Of a DNA stretch of 64,000 nucleotides, positions 1-8,403 are shown piece by piece. Origin of the DNA: Salinivirgaceae bacterium (GTDB lineage: Bacteria > Bacteroidota > Bacteroidia > Bacteroidales > SZUA-534); assembly GCA_017551905.1 (NCBI GenBank), contig JAFZKK010000149.1, positions 9-64,008 of the forward strand. The letters run 5' to 3'. Every line of letters begins with the position of its first letter. Position 1 is the stretch's first letter. The notes beneath the pieces are model-generated. The model worked only from the letters and a program-made list of their open reading frames with translations, had not been told where the DNA came from and did no database searches. A program made the position numbers and the translations under genes.

Positions 1-1
1 C

Positions 2-325
2 TATAACCGCAATGTGATTGTCCTGACGCAGCCCGATACCTACCGCAAAAAGCCAAACCGATTGTTGTGGCTGATGAGATTGTTTCTGCGGCGTTATCCA
101 ATGATTATCAAAGCCATGCGCGATCGCCACATAGAGTATAACCGCACCACCGCCACCATTCGTGAACGTGCCGCTCGGGGCGAAGTGTTTGTCATCTGTC
201 CCGACAAACCGCTCAATATCAGTCGAACCTCAAAAAATCCCGACGAGATGCAACGCGTCTATGAAGAAGGGCGCCGTGTGGCTTTGTCGCAAATCGATAG
301 AATCAGAGAGTATTTGAATAACTAA
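2..325 (+). CDS. patatin-like phospholipase family protein, C-terminal part (gene starts upstream of window)
   Basis: The frame is open from the window edge (nt 2: YNRNVIVLTQPD...) to TAA at 323-325. The GTG at 14 in the ORF track is only the first start-like codon in the window. The C-terminal block (VFVICPDKPLNISR...DEMQRVYEEGRRVA) matches my recall of bacterial patatin-family lipases. No search was run. Confidence 0.5.
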   Translation, partial: YNRNVIVLTQPDTYRKKPNRLLWLMRLFLRRYPMIIKAMRDRHIEYNRTTATIRERAARGEVFVICPDKPLNISRTSKNPDEMQRVYEEGRRVALSQIDRIREYLNN

Positions 326-384
326 TGCGGCCTGATTGAAGTGACGTTTCCGACTTGCCCATAAATTAATTTCACTCTCAAAAT

Positions 385-421
385 CCCCGTTTCGTATACA
401 GCAACCCCCGTTTTGTATACA
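385..421 (+). repeat. tandem direct repeat CCCCGTTTYGTATACA x2 in 21-nt register
   Basis: CCCCGTTTCGTATACA at 385-400 and CCCCGTTTTGTATACA at 406-421 are 15/16 identical. Each contains the palindrome GTATAC. They lie just upstream of the -7 box of the TonB-dependent receptor gene. Confidence 0.85.
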
Positions 422-448
422 ATTCAAAATTGGTGATTGGCGGCCACC

Positions 449-456
449 TACTTTTG
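449..456 (+). promoter_or_regulatory. Bacteroidetes-type -7 promoter box (TACTTTTG)
   Basis: Exact match to the TAnnTTTG -7 consensus of Bacteroides sigma-A promoters, 29 nt upstream of the ATG at 485. Confidence 0.45.
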
Positions 457-484
457 GCACCAGAATCAAAAAACAAAATTGAAT

Positions 485-2830
485 ATGAAACGGATTTTAT
501 TTCTTGCAGTTTGCTTAATGCTTCAGAATCAGATTGTTGAAGCGCAGTCGTTCACTCAAAACATTAGAGGCGTGGTTTTCGACGCGGCGTCAGGAACGCC
601 AGTGCCGTTTGCCACTGTTTACGTTGAGGACCAGCCGACACAGGGTGCGGCAGCCGACACCGCAGGTCGGTTTGTGATTAAAAACGTGACCGTCGGCCGC
701 CATACCGTTATCGTTCAGACAATCGGTTACGAACCGCTGATAATGAAAGAGTTGATGGTGTCGTCGGCAAAAGAGACATACATTGAGGCAGGTCTGCACG
801 AGTCGGTGACAGCGCTTGACGAGGTTACGGTTCGTCCGCAAATCAACAAGCAGCAGCCGCTCAACAAGATGGCTTCGACGGGCGCGCGAATGCTCTCGAT
901 TGAAGAGGCAAGCCGCTACGCAGGCGGTTTCGGCGACCCCGCGCGTTTGGCAAGTTCGTTTGCGGGTGTGTCGCAAGACGGTTGCACCAACGGCATTTCA
1001 ATCCACGGCAACGCACCGCATTTGCTCGCGTGGCGCATTGAGGGTATCGAGATTCCGAACCCCAACCACTTTGCCGACATTTCGGTGGCAGGCGGCGGAT
1101 TGGTTTCGTCGTTAAGTGCCTTTGTAGTAGGCAATTCCGACTTCTTTACGGCGGCTTTTCCTGCCGAATATGGCGATGCCGTTTCGGGCGTTTTCGATAT
1201 GAAACTGCGCCAGGGCAACAACGACAAGTATGAACACACCTTCCAGTTGGGCACTTTGGGTATCGATTTTGCGTCGGAAGGCCCTATCGGCAAGGACCGA
1301 AAGGCTTCATACATAGTCAATTACCGATATTCGTCGTTGGGTTTGGCGTCGAAAATGGATTGGGTTGATATGGGTGGCGAAGTGGTTGATTATCAGGACT
1401 TGAACTTCAAGATTAATCTGCCTACAAAATCGGCGGGAACGTTCGCTGTTTGGGGCACGGGGCTTATCGACACCGACGAGAAAATCGTTTCCGACACCAC
1501 CGAATGGGAAACCAGTTTCGACATAAATCAGGGAAAATCGAAACAAAAAATGGGCGCTATCGGCCTGAAACACCATATTTTACTGCCGCGCGGCGGACAA
1601 CTCACCACCACTTTGGCCGCCACCGCCAACACAATGGAAGCCGACCGTAAATCGTACAATTTCAGCACTAACGCCTACGACCTTCCCGCTGTTGTAATGT
1701 CGACAAGTTACACCGACCTGATTGCCGATGTGGCCCACAGCCGCAAGGTTTCGGCGCGCTACACAATGAAAAACGGCGTTCACTACACGCATTTCCTTTA
1801 CGACATTCAGATGCAGCACGGCGACACTATCGGACAGCCGCTCTACACAGTGTTTGAAGCCGATGGCGAGTCGGGGTTGCTGTCGGCCTACACAAGCCAC
1901 CAGTTGAGTTTGAGCAACGAGTTGACACTCACCGCAGGTCTGAATCTTGAGAGCCTGCGCCTGAACGGTGCCGTCAGCCTTGAGCCCCGTGTGGGACTGC
2001 GTTGGCAGCCAACTGCCCGCTCAACTTTCGCTGCAGCCTACGGTCTGCACAGCCGCCGCGAGAAAACCGATGTCTATTTTGTGAAAATCGGCGGCGAATT
2101 GGTCAACAAAGACCTTGATTTCACTAAAGCACACCACTTTATGCTGTCGTACAGCCTGAAACTCACCGACAACTCGTTGCTCAAAATCGAGCCGTTCTAC
2201 CAGCACCTTTATAATGTTCCTGTTGAGGAAGGCACTTCGTTCTCTGTGCTCAACCATATCAATTATTATATCGACAAAGCGTTGGTTAACAAAGGTTTGG
2301 GAAGAAATTACGGTGTCGATATCACGCTTGAGCGATATCTGAACAACGGTTGGTACGGAATGACCACGGCTTCGATTTTCAGTTCGCGCTACCGCGGCGG
2401 CGACGGCAAATGGTACCACTCGCGCTACGATAGAAACTACGTTATCAATGTGTTAGGCGGCAAAGAGTGGATGTTTGGAAGCGAGAAGCAGAACGTTTTT
2501 GCGCTGAACGCGAAAATCACCGTCCAGGGTGGCGACCGCCACGCGCCTGTGGCCGACGATGTTACGCCCTACGAGATTATCCATTCGTCGGAAGGTGCCG
2601 CACGCCTTGACGAGACCCGCGCCTTCACCGAGCAGTACGGCACGGCCATTGCCTACAACTATTCGGCCCGCGTCACCATTAACAAACACCGCGTGTCGCA
2701 CAGTTTCGTTATCGATATGACTCAAAACAAGGGCTACTACGACCACGTTTACAACCTGCGCACCCACAAAATTGAGCCGTACACCGTGAAACTGACTCTG
2801 CCGAATATTGCTTATAAACTTGAGTTCTAA
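485..2830 (+). CDS. TonB-dependent receptor with N-terminal carboxypeptidase-regulatory-like domain
   Basis: The ATG at 485 gives the signal peptide MKRILFLAVCLMLQNQIVEA (the track start at 437 is a TTG). A CarboxypepD_reg-like segment follows (IRGVVFDAASGTPVPFATVYV...GRFVIKNVTVGRHTVIV), then a plug-like region, a long beta-rich body and a terminal aromatic residue (YKLEF). Confidence 0.85.
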   Translation: MKRILFLAVCLMLQNQIVEAQSFTQNIRGVVFDAASGTPVPFATVYVEDQPTQGAAADTAGRFVIKNVTVGRHTVIVQTIGYEPLIMKELMVSSAKETYIEAGLHESVTALDEVTVRPQINKQQPLNKMASTGARMLSIEEASRYAGGFGDPARLASSFAGVSQDGCTNGISIHGNAPHLLAWRIEGIEIPNPNHFADISVAGGGLVSSLSAFVVGNSDFFTAAFPAEYGDAVSGVFDMKLRQGNNDKYEHTFQLGTLGIDFASEGPIGKDRKASYIVNYRYSSLGLASKMDWVDMGGEVVDYQDLNFKINLPTKSAGTFAVWGTGLIDTDEKIVSDTTEWETSFDINQGKSKQKMGAIGLKHHILLPRGGQLTTTLAATANTMEADRKSYNFSTNAYDLPAVVMSTSYTDLIADVAHSRKVSARYTMKNGVHYTHFLYDIQMQHGDTIGQPLYTVFEADGESGLLSAYTSHQLSLSNELTLTAGLNLESLRLNGAVSLEPRVGLRWQPTARSTFAAAYGLHSRREKTDVYFVKIGGELVNKDLDFTKAHHFMLSYSLKLTDNSLLKIEPFYQHLYNVPVEEGTSFSVLNHINYYIDKALVNKGLGRNYGVDITLERYLNNGWYGMTTASIFSSRYRGGDGKWYHSRYDRNYVINVLGGKEWMFGSEKQNVFALNAKITVQGGDRHAPVADDVTPYEIIHSSEGAARLDETRAFTEQYGTAIAYNYSARVTINKHRVSHSFVIDMTQNKGYYDHVYNLRTHKIEPYTVKLTLPNIAYKLEF

Positions 2831-2848
2831 TAAGTTGATGGATGTTTA

Positions 2849-2906
2849 AATTTGCTAACACAGATGTTACTAACAAGTTTGTTACTAACAATGTTGTTAG
2901 CAAATT
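2849..2906 (+). repeat. 12-bp inverted repeat enclosing two TGTTACTAACA palindromic direct repeats
   Basis: AATTTGCTAACA (2849-2860) is the exact reverse complement of TGTTAGCAAATT (2895-2906). The loop carries TGTTACTAACA at 2865-2875 and (T)TGTTACTAACA at 2879-2890. Confidence 0.85.
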
Positions 2907-2916
2907 AAAAAGTAAT

Positions 2917-2924
2917 TATCTTTG
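2917..2924 (+). promoter_or_regulatory. Bacteroidetes-type -7 promoter box (TATCTTTG)
   Basis: Exact TAnnTTTG match 21 nt upstream of the ATG at 2945. Confidence 0.45.
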
Positions 2925-2944
2925 CCGATATAAATGATGTAACT

Positions 2945-4072
2945 ATGGACAATCCGTTTGTATATGGAGTTGCTGCCGACAACGCACATTTTATCGGCAG
3001 AGAAGATGAGGCAAGACGTCTGATGATGAATTTTAGCAATGGCATCAACACCATTCTGATTTCGCAGCGACGATTAGGCAAAACTTCGCTTGTTAACAAT
3101 GTTATTGAGCGAATGGCTGACAATAAAAACGTGAGAATCATTAAGATGGATGCGTTTGCCTGCAAAGATGAAAGCGATTTTTATGTGATGTTCGCCACCG
3201 AAATTATCCGTCAGATAAGCAGCAAGGCCGAATCGCTGATTGAGAACGCCAAACGCTTCCTTTCGAGCCTTGTGCCAAAATTATCGGTGGAGCAGAGCGG
3301 AGACATTTCGTTCTCGCTTGAAACAACTGATAAACAATACAATGCCGATGTCCTATCACTTCCAGAACGCATTGCCGTTGAAAAAGGAATCCGAATTGTG
3401 GTCTGCATCGATGAGTTTCAGCAAATTGGTGAATTTACTGATTCACTGTCGTTTCAGAAGAAACTGCGGTCGGTATGGCAACATCAGCACAACACAAACT
3501 ATTGTCTGTTTGGCAGCAAGCGGCATCTTCTTATGAATATGTTCGGCAAGGCCAGTTACCCGTTTTACAAATTTGGCGACATCATTTTTCTCGAAAAAAT
3601 CCCCGTCGAACGTTGGGTAGAGTACATTCAACGGCAGTTCTCGGTTACAGGAAAATCGATTTCGAGCGAAATCTGCGAGGCGATTTGCAGTTATGTCGAG
3701 GGCAATTCTTCATACGTTCAGCAACTTGCGTGGTTGCTTTGGGCGCGGACGGACACTGCAGCAACCGAATCGTTACTTGAATTGGCAAAGCAGGATTTGT
3801 TGCAGCAAAACCACATCCTTTTCCTGAATTACATAAGCAATCTGTCGAGTTATCAAATACGTGCTGTTCAGGCAATTGCCGAAGGTCACACAACCGACCT
3901 TTCGACCAGCAATGTGATTTTCGACTATCGGTTGAGTTCAACTGCAAATGTAAGCCGAGTGAAAAAAGCCTTGGAAGAAAAGGAGTTTGTGGAGATAACA
4001 GGCAAAAACGTGGAATTGTCCGACCCCATTTTTGGTCGTTGGGTGCTTCGGAATCTGAAAACTTACATTTAG
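2945..4072 (+). CDS. AAA+ ATPase (archaeal-type ATPase / DUF234-like family)
   Basis: Walker A-like RRLGKTSLV, Walker B-like IVVCIDEFQQ, and a winged-helix-like C-terminal tail. This matches the widespread 'ATP-binding protein' family of Bacteroides accessory regions, by recall. Confidence 0.7.
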   Translation: MDNPFVYGVAADNAHFIGREDEARRLMMNFSNGINTILISQRRLGKTSLVNNVIERMADNKNVRIIKMDAFACKDESDFYVMFATEIIRQISSKAESLIENAKRFLSSLVPKLSVEQSGDISFSLETTDKQYNADVLSLPERIAVEKGIRIVVCIDEFQQIGEFTDSLSFQKKLRSVWQHQHNTNYCLFGSKRHLLMNMFGKASYPFYKFGDIIFLEKIPVERWVEYIQRQFSVTGKSISSEICEAICSYVEGNSSYVQQLAWLLWARTDTAATESLLELAKQDLLQQNHILFLNYISNLSSYQIRAVQAIAEGHTTDLSTSNVIFDYRLSSTANVSRVKKALEEKEFVEITGKNVELSDPIFGRWVLRNLKTYI

Positions 4073-4118
4073 ACAAGGATTGAAAACAAGCAAAATCACC
4101 ATTCTTCAAACTTTTCCC

Positions 4119-4126
4119 TAACTTTG
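4119..4126 (+). promoter_or_regulatory. Bacteroidetes-type -7 promoter box (TAACTTTG)
   Basis: Exact TAnnTTTG match. It overlaps the TTG at 4124 used as the start in the ORF track, which argues that the real start is the ATG at 4154. Confidence 0.45.
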
Positions 4127-4153
4127 TCTGAAATCGCACAAATCGCAGTTGTT

Positions 4154-7100
4154 ATGCTATTCCAGAAGAATATTCTCAAAAAATACACCGATGCCGTGCC
4201 GCAGGATGTTGTGGCGCAGGCTTGGCAGCAGTATCAGTCGTACTTCCTGAACCCCGAAATTCAGGCCAATATTCGCCAGAGCAAAGAGGAACAGTTTCAG
4301 GAGGGATTCCTTCGCGAATTGTTTGTCAAGGTGTTGGGCTATACGCTCAATCCGTCGCCAGACTACAATCTGATTACCGAGCAGAAGAACGAAACCAACT
4401 CGCGGAAAGCCGACGGAGCCATTCTTGTCGATGGCAAAGTGGTTGGTATTATCGAACTTAAAGACCACAAAACCACCGACTTATCGAAAATCGAGCAGCA
4501 GGCTTTCGGCTACAAAAGCCAAAACCAGAACGCGGTGTATGTTGTGATTTCGAATTTTGAGAAACTGCGATTCTATATCGACAACGCCGTGGAATGCGTC
4601 GAGTTCGATTTGTTCCATTTAACTGAAAATGAATTCTGTACACTTTGGCTTTGCCTTGCTTACACCAATATTGCCGCCAATCTGCCCAAGCGTATAAAGA
4701 CCGAGAGCGTGAGCAGCGAGGACGCCATTACCAACGCCTTGTATCGCGACTACACAAACTTCAAACGTGTTCTGTATCAGGATATTTGCGCAAACAACGA
4801 CGTGGCCGACGATGACGCGCGTGTTGAGTTGTACAAAAAGACGCAGAAATTGCTCGACCGTATGCTCTTCATTTTCTTTGCCGAAGACAGCGGACTTCTG
4901 CCGCCCAACACAATGATTCGAATCATTGACGATTGGCGCAAACTCGCCGATTTGGACGCCTATGTGCCACTCTACGAGCGTATTAAGAAATATTTCGGCT
5001 ACTTGGATACGGGATACAAAGGCAAAGATTACGAGATTTTCGCCTACAACGGCGGACTTTTCAAGCCCGACGATGTGCTCGACTCGCTCAAAATAACCGA
5101 CTCGGTTCTTGAGCAGCACACCCGCCGACTATCGGAATACGACTACCAGAGCGAGGTCGATGTCAATATTCTTGGCCATATCTTCGAAAACTCGCTGAAC
5201 GAGATTGAAGCCGTTGCCGCGCCGACCGATGCCGCGCCCAGCACCACCAAACGCAAGCGCGACGGCGTTTTCTACACCCCGCAGTACATTACCAAATACA
5301 TTGTCGAGAATACCGTGGGGCGGCTTTGCGCCGACAAGAAAGCCGAGTTGCAGATTGACGAGCAGGAGTATTTTGCCGACCGCCGACGCAACAAAGACAC
5401 CAAAATCAAACTCTTGAAACGGCTCAACGATTACCGCCAGTGGCTCTTGCAGATAACCATTTGCGACCCCGCGTGCGGCTCGGGCGCTTTTCTGAACGCC
5501 GCCCTTCAGTTCCTGATTCAGGAGCACCGCCTGATTGACGAGATGGATGCCAAGATTACCGACTCGCCGATGGTCATTCCCAATGTCGAAAACTCGATTT
5601 TGGAGAACAACCTTTTCGGTGTCGATATTAACGAGGAGAGCGTTGAGATTGCCCGTCTCTCGCTTTGGCTGCGCACCGCCCGTCCGCACCGCAAACTCAA
5701 CTCGCTCAACCAGAACATAAAGTGCGGAAACAGTCTGATTTCGGACCCCGATGTTGCCGCCGACAAAGCCTTCGATTGGCAGCGCGAGTTCCCGCAAGTG
5801 TTCGAGCGCGGTGGTTTCGACGTCGTGATTGGCAACCCGCCGTATGGCGCAACATTTAATGATGCTGAAAAAGCGTTTATTACAAAATCTTATAAATCTT
5901 ACAGATATAAGTATGAAAGTTATATCTATTTCATAGAAAAATCTTTGAATTTGGTTAAAGATGAAGGTTTTGTGGAATTTATTACACCCCAATTATGGTT
6001 GTCTCTTGATGAATCTTACAACATTCGCAATATTGTTTTAAATAATGATTTACAAACAATTAGGTTTTATGGAGAAGATGCTTTTGCTGACGCAGTAGTG
6101 AATACTTGTTCATTTATGATTAGGAAAAAAGCACCGAATAATGAACTTGTAATAATTGATATTGCAGAAAGAAAAAGATTGTTATCAAAATCGGATGTTA
6201 TTGAAAAAGAAACACTTAAAATCAATTATAGATTGGACAATATGCAAATGTCCATTATTAAAAAACTTCAACTTAACACAAGAAAACTATCATATTATGG
6301 TACTGTAATTCAAGGAATAACACCTTACGATAAGCACCGCGGCCAATCAGAAGAAATAATTAAAAACAGAGCGTATCACCATACAGAAAAAATTGATGAT
6401 ACGTGCGGTTATTGGTTAGAAGGTCAAGATGTTTCTCGTTATTCTGTATGTTGGAGCGGCAATTGGTTAAGTTATGGCACGTGGTTGGCTGCCCCCAGAG
6501 AAAAAAAATATTTTGAGGGTGCAAGAATACTCTTTAGGGAAATTCCAGGACAAGGGAAAAGATTGCAAGCCGCATATTATAATGAAGTTGCTTATTACGG
6601 GCATAGCATATCACCATTTAAGTTAAATCAAGAAAACGAATCTTTATTGAAAGCAATATTAGGTTGTGTTAATTCAAAACTTATTAGTTGGTATGGGGCT
6701 TTGTTGCTTCCCAATTTGTCAAAAGACATTTTCCCAAAGGTAAATCCAAAGGATATTTCTGAATTGCCCATTCCAAATGAGTTGGAAAATGACACAAATA
6801 CTATTTCTGCATTAGCAAATTTAGCCGACAAAATGCTGACACTAAACGCAGATTTGCAGCAGAAAGTGAGTCGATTCCTACGCCGCATAACGGAGACCTA
6901 CAATTTGGAAAAGACCACCGCCGCGCTCGAAACATTCTACACGCTCTCTTTCAGCGATTTTGTGAAGGAACTCGGCAAGCAGAAGGTGAAACTCACCCTT
7001 GTGCAAAAAGACGAACTCGAGGATTATTTCAACGCCTACCAATCGGAATGTCAGTCGCTCAAAACCGCAATCGCCACCACCGACCACGAGATTGACCGTA

Positions 7101-7156
7101 TGGTGTACGCCCTTTACGGCCTTACGGATGAGGAGATTGGGGTGGTGGAAAATTAA
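4154..7156 (+). CDS. type IIG (MmeI-like / type IIL) restriction-modification enzyme: PD-ExK nuclease + gamma-class N6-adenine methyltransferase + target-recognition region
   Basis: N-terminal D...ELK nuclease motif (ADGAILVDGKVVGIIELKDHK). AdoMet motif I DPACGSGAFL. Catalytic motif IV NPPYG (VVIGNPPYGATF). Long C-terminal region ending in the Eco57I/MmeI-type tail (IDRMVYALYGLTDEEI). Confidence 0.85.
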   Translation: MLFQKNILKKYTDAVPQDVVAQAWQQYQSYFLNPEIQANIRQSKEEQFQEGFLRELFVKVLGYTLNPSPDYNLITEQKNETNSRKADGAILVDGKVVGIIELKDHKTTDLSKIEQQAFGYKSQNQNAVYVVISNFEKLRFYIDNAVECVEFDLFHLTENEFCTLWLCLAYTNIAANLPKRIKTESVSSEDAITNALYRDYTNFKRVLYQDICANNDVADDDARVELYKKTQKLLDRMLFIFFAEDSGLLPPNTMIRIIDDWRKLADLDAYVPLYERIKKYFGYLDTGYKGKDYEIFAYNGGLFKPDDVLDSLKITDSVLEQHTRRLSEYDYQSEVDVNILGHIFENSLNEIEAVAAPTDAAPSTTKRKRDGVFYTPQYITKYIVENTVGRLCADKKAELQIDEQEYFADRRRNKDTKIKLLKRLNDYRQWLLQITICDPACGSGAFLNAALQFLIQEHRLIDEMDAKITDSPMVIPNVENSILENNLFGVDINEESVEIARLSLWLRTARPHRKLNSLNQNIKCGNSLISDPDVAADKAFDWQREFPQVFERGGFDVVIGNPPYGATFNDAEKAFITKSYKSYRYKYESYIYFIEKSLNLVKDEGFVEFITPQLWLSLDESYNIRNIVLNNDLQTIRFYGEDAFADAVVNTCSFMIRKKAPNNELVIIDIAERKRLLSKSDVIEKETLKINYRLDNMQMSIIKKLQLNTRKLSYYGTVIQGITPYDKHRGQSEEIIKNRAYHHTEKIDDTCGYWLEGQDVSRYSVCWSGNWLSYGTWLAAPREKKYFEGARILFREIPGQGKRLQAAYYNEVAYYGHSISPFKLNQENESLLKAILGCVNSKLISWYGALLLPNLSKDIFPKVNPKDISELPIPNELENDTNTISALANLADKMLTLNADLQQKVSRFLRRITETYNLEKTTAALETFYTLSFSDFVKELGKQKVKLTLVQKDELEDYFNAYQSECQSLKTAIATTDHEIDRMVYALYGLTDEEIGVVEN
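5850..6830 (+). other. AT-rich mosaic segment inside the R-M gene (post-NPPY methyltransferase motifs plus target-recognition region)
   Basis: Composition switches abruptly right after the NPPYG codons from GC-rich (e.g. ggcaacccgccgtatggcgc) to strongly AT-rich (e.g. aaatcttataaatcttacagatataagtatg). It switches back near 6830-6860 (gcagatttgcagcagaaagtgagtcg). Boundaries are judged by eye, to about +/- 30 nt. Confidence 0.7.
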
Positions 7157-7167
7157 ATAAAAACGCT

Positions 7168-7305
7168 ATGGATAACAACAAGTCAATCATACAATTAACG
7201 GAAGCAGTTGAAACCATAAAAACCGCCATTTTGCAAGGTCAGTACGAGGCGTTGAAAGACATTGAGGATATTTCGGTAGTCGGGACTACCGAATTGGCGG
7301 AATAA
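7168..7305 (+). pseudogene. 45-codon relic resembling the N-terminus of a DUF1016/YhcG-family protein
   Basis: ATG at 7168 to TAA at 7303-7305 gives MDNNKSIIQLTEAVETIKTAILQGQYEALKDIEDISVVGTTELAE. The AVETIKTAILQ segment parallels the N-terminal helix of DUF1016 proteins, including the intact neighbour (LCAIVETTKRKTAVAVN). It is too short to be the full protein. Confidence 0.35.
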
Positions 7306-7331
7306 TTGAAAACAAATTAATTAGGAACACG

Positions 7332-8381
7332 ATGGAAGAAATGAGCGAAACCAAATTGTTCTCTGACTTATGCGCCATTGTAGAGACAACAAAGCGCAAA
7401 ACCGCCGTAGCGGTCAACCGAGGAATAGTGTTTATGTATTGGCACATAGGCCACCGCATAAATACCGATGTGCTTGGTAACAAGCGCGCCGAATATGGTA
7501 AACGAATTGTGGCGGAATTGGCGACACAATTAAACGAGCATTTTCAAACCAAAGAATTCTCAAGTCGCAATTTGCACCGAATGATGCAGTTCGCCGCTGA
7601 TTTTCAAGATGTTGAAATTGTGTCGGCGCTGGCGACACAATTGACGTGGAGCCATATAATCGAGATATTGCCACTGAAAAGCACCGTTCAAAAAGAGTTT
7701 TATCTTACAATGGCTTCGAAAGAAATGTGGGGGACGAAAACCCTGCGGGCTAAAATCGACGGTATGCTTTTTGAGCGCACGGCTATCAGCGGCAAGCCCG
7801 AAGAATTTATTAAAAAGGAACTTACAGAACTTCGCGAAACCAACAATCTAACCCCCGATTTGGTTTTTAAAAATCCTTATTTCCTTGATTTTACAGGATT
7901 GAAAGGCTTTTATTCGGAACGTGATTTGGAAGACCGTTTGGTCACAAAAATCCAACAATTCTTAATGGAACTTGGCAACGGCTTTTGCTTTGTCGAACGA
8001 CAAAAACGTATAATAATCGATGGTGAGGATTATTATATCGATTTGCTGTTTTTCCACCGAAAATTGCGCCGATTGATTGCTGTCGAGTTAAAGTTAGGCC
8101 GTTTCAAAGCCGCCTACAAAGGGCAGATGGAGTTGTATTTGCGCTGGCTCGACAAATACGAGCGTCAAGAAAACGAGGAAAGTCCGTTAGGATTGCTTTT
8201 ATGCTCTGACGGAGGCGACGAGCAGATTGAATTGTTGCAATTAGACCAATCAGGCATTCGTGTTGCTCAATATCTAACCGAATTCCCTTCGAAAGAATTG
8301 TTGCAACAGCACTTGCGTCACCAGATTGAAAGTGACAATGATAATTCTGCAGAAACAGATTTGATTGGAGATAATAAATAG
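7332..8381 (+). CDS. DUF1016 / YhcG-family PD-(D/E)xK nuclease
   Basis: N-terminal DUF1016 region (AVNRGIVFMYWHIGHRI...GKRIVAELATQL) and a C-terminal nuclease core (YYIDLLFFHRKLRRLIAVELKLGRF, a D...ELK motif). Confidence 0.85.
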   Translation: MEEMSETKLFSDLCAIVETTKRKTAVAVNRGIVFMYWHIGHRINTDVLGNKRAEYGKRIVAELATQLNEHFQTKEFSSRNLHRMMQFAADFQDVEIVSALATQLTWSHIIEILPLKSTVQKEFYLTMASKEMWGTKTLRAKIDGMLFERTAISGKPEEFIKKELTELRETNNLTPDLVFKNPYFLDFTGLKGFYSERDLEDRLVTKIQQFLMELGNGFCFVERQKRIIIDGEDYYIDLLFFHRKLRRLIAVELKLGRFKAAYKGQMELYLRWLDKYERQENEESPLGLLLCSDGGDEQIELLQLDQSGIRVAQYLTEFPSKELLQQHLRHQIESDNDNSAETDLIGDNK

Positions 8382-8403
8382 TCGTTACCTAACACCCAAA
8401 GAA

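Noticed and set aside
437-484. Upstream TTG/GTG starts given in the ORF track (437, 4124, 8365, 9399, 13818, 49607, 52506, 56982, 17194, 32491, 33422).
   Set aside because: In each case a downstream ATG gives a proper signal peptide or N-terminal motif, avoids overlap with the upstream gene or -7 box, or follows the upstream stop directly. Coordinates were trimmed accordingly, but the true starts remain unverified.
5129-5992. A 287-aa minus-strand ORF inside the R-M gene. Similar long antisense or off-frame ORFs occur at 21603-22340, 36656-37420, 39621-40412, 51430-52200, 44579-45010 and 8481-9080.
   Set aside because: Each overlaps a gene whose sense translation has clear family motifs. None has recognisable motifs of its own. 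They are typical of GC-rich third-position bias.
4154-7156. BREX PglX methyltransferase.
   Set aside because: The protein has an N-terminal D...ELK nuclease motif like MmeI-type single-chain R-M enzymes. None of the other BREX genes (pglZ, brxC, brxL and so on) is nearby.
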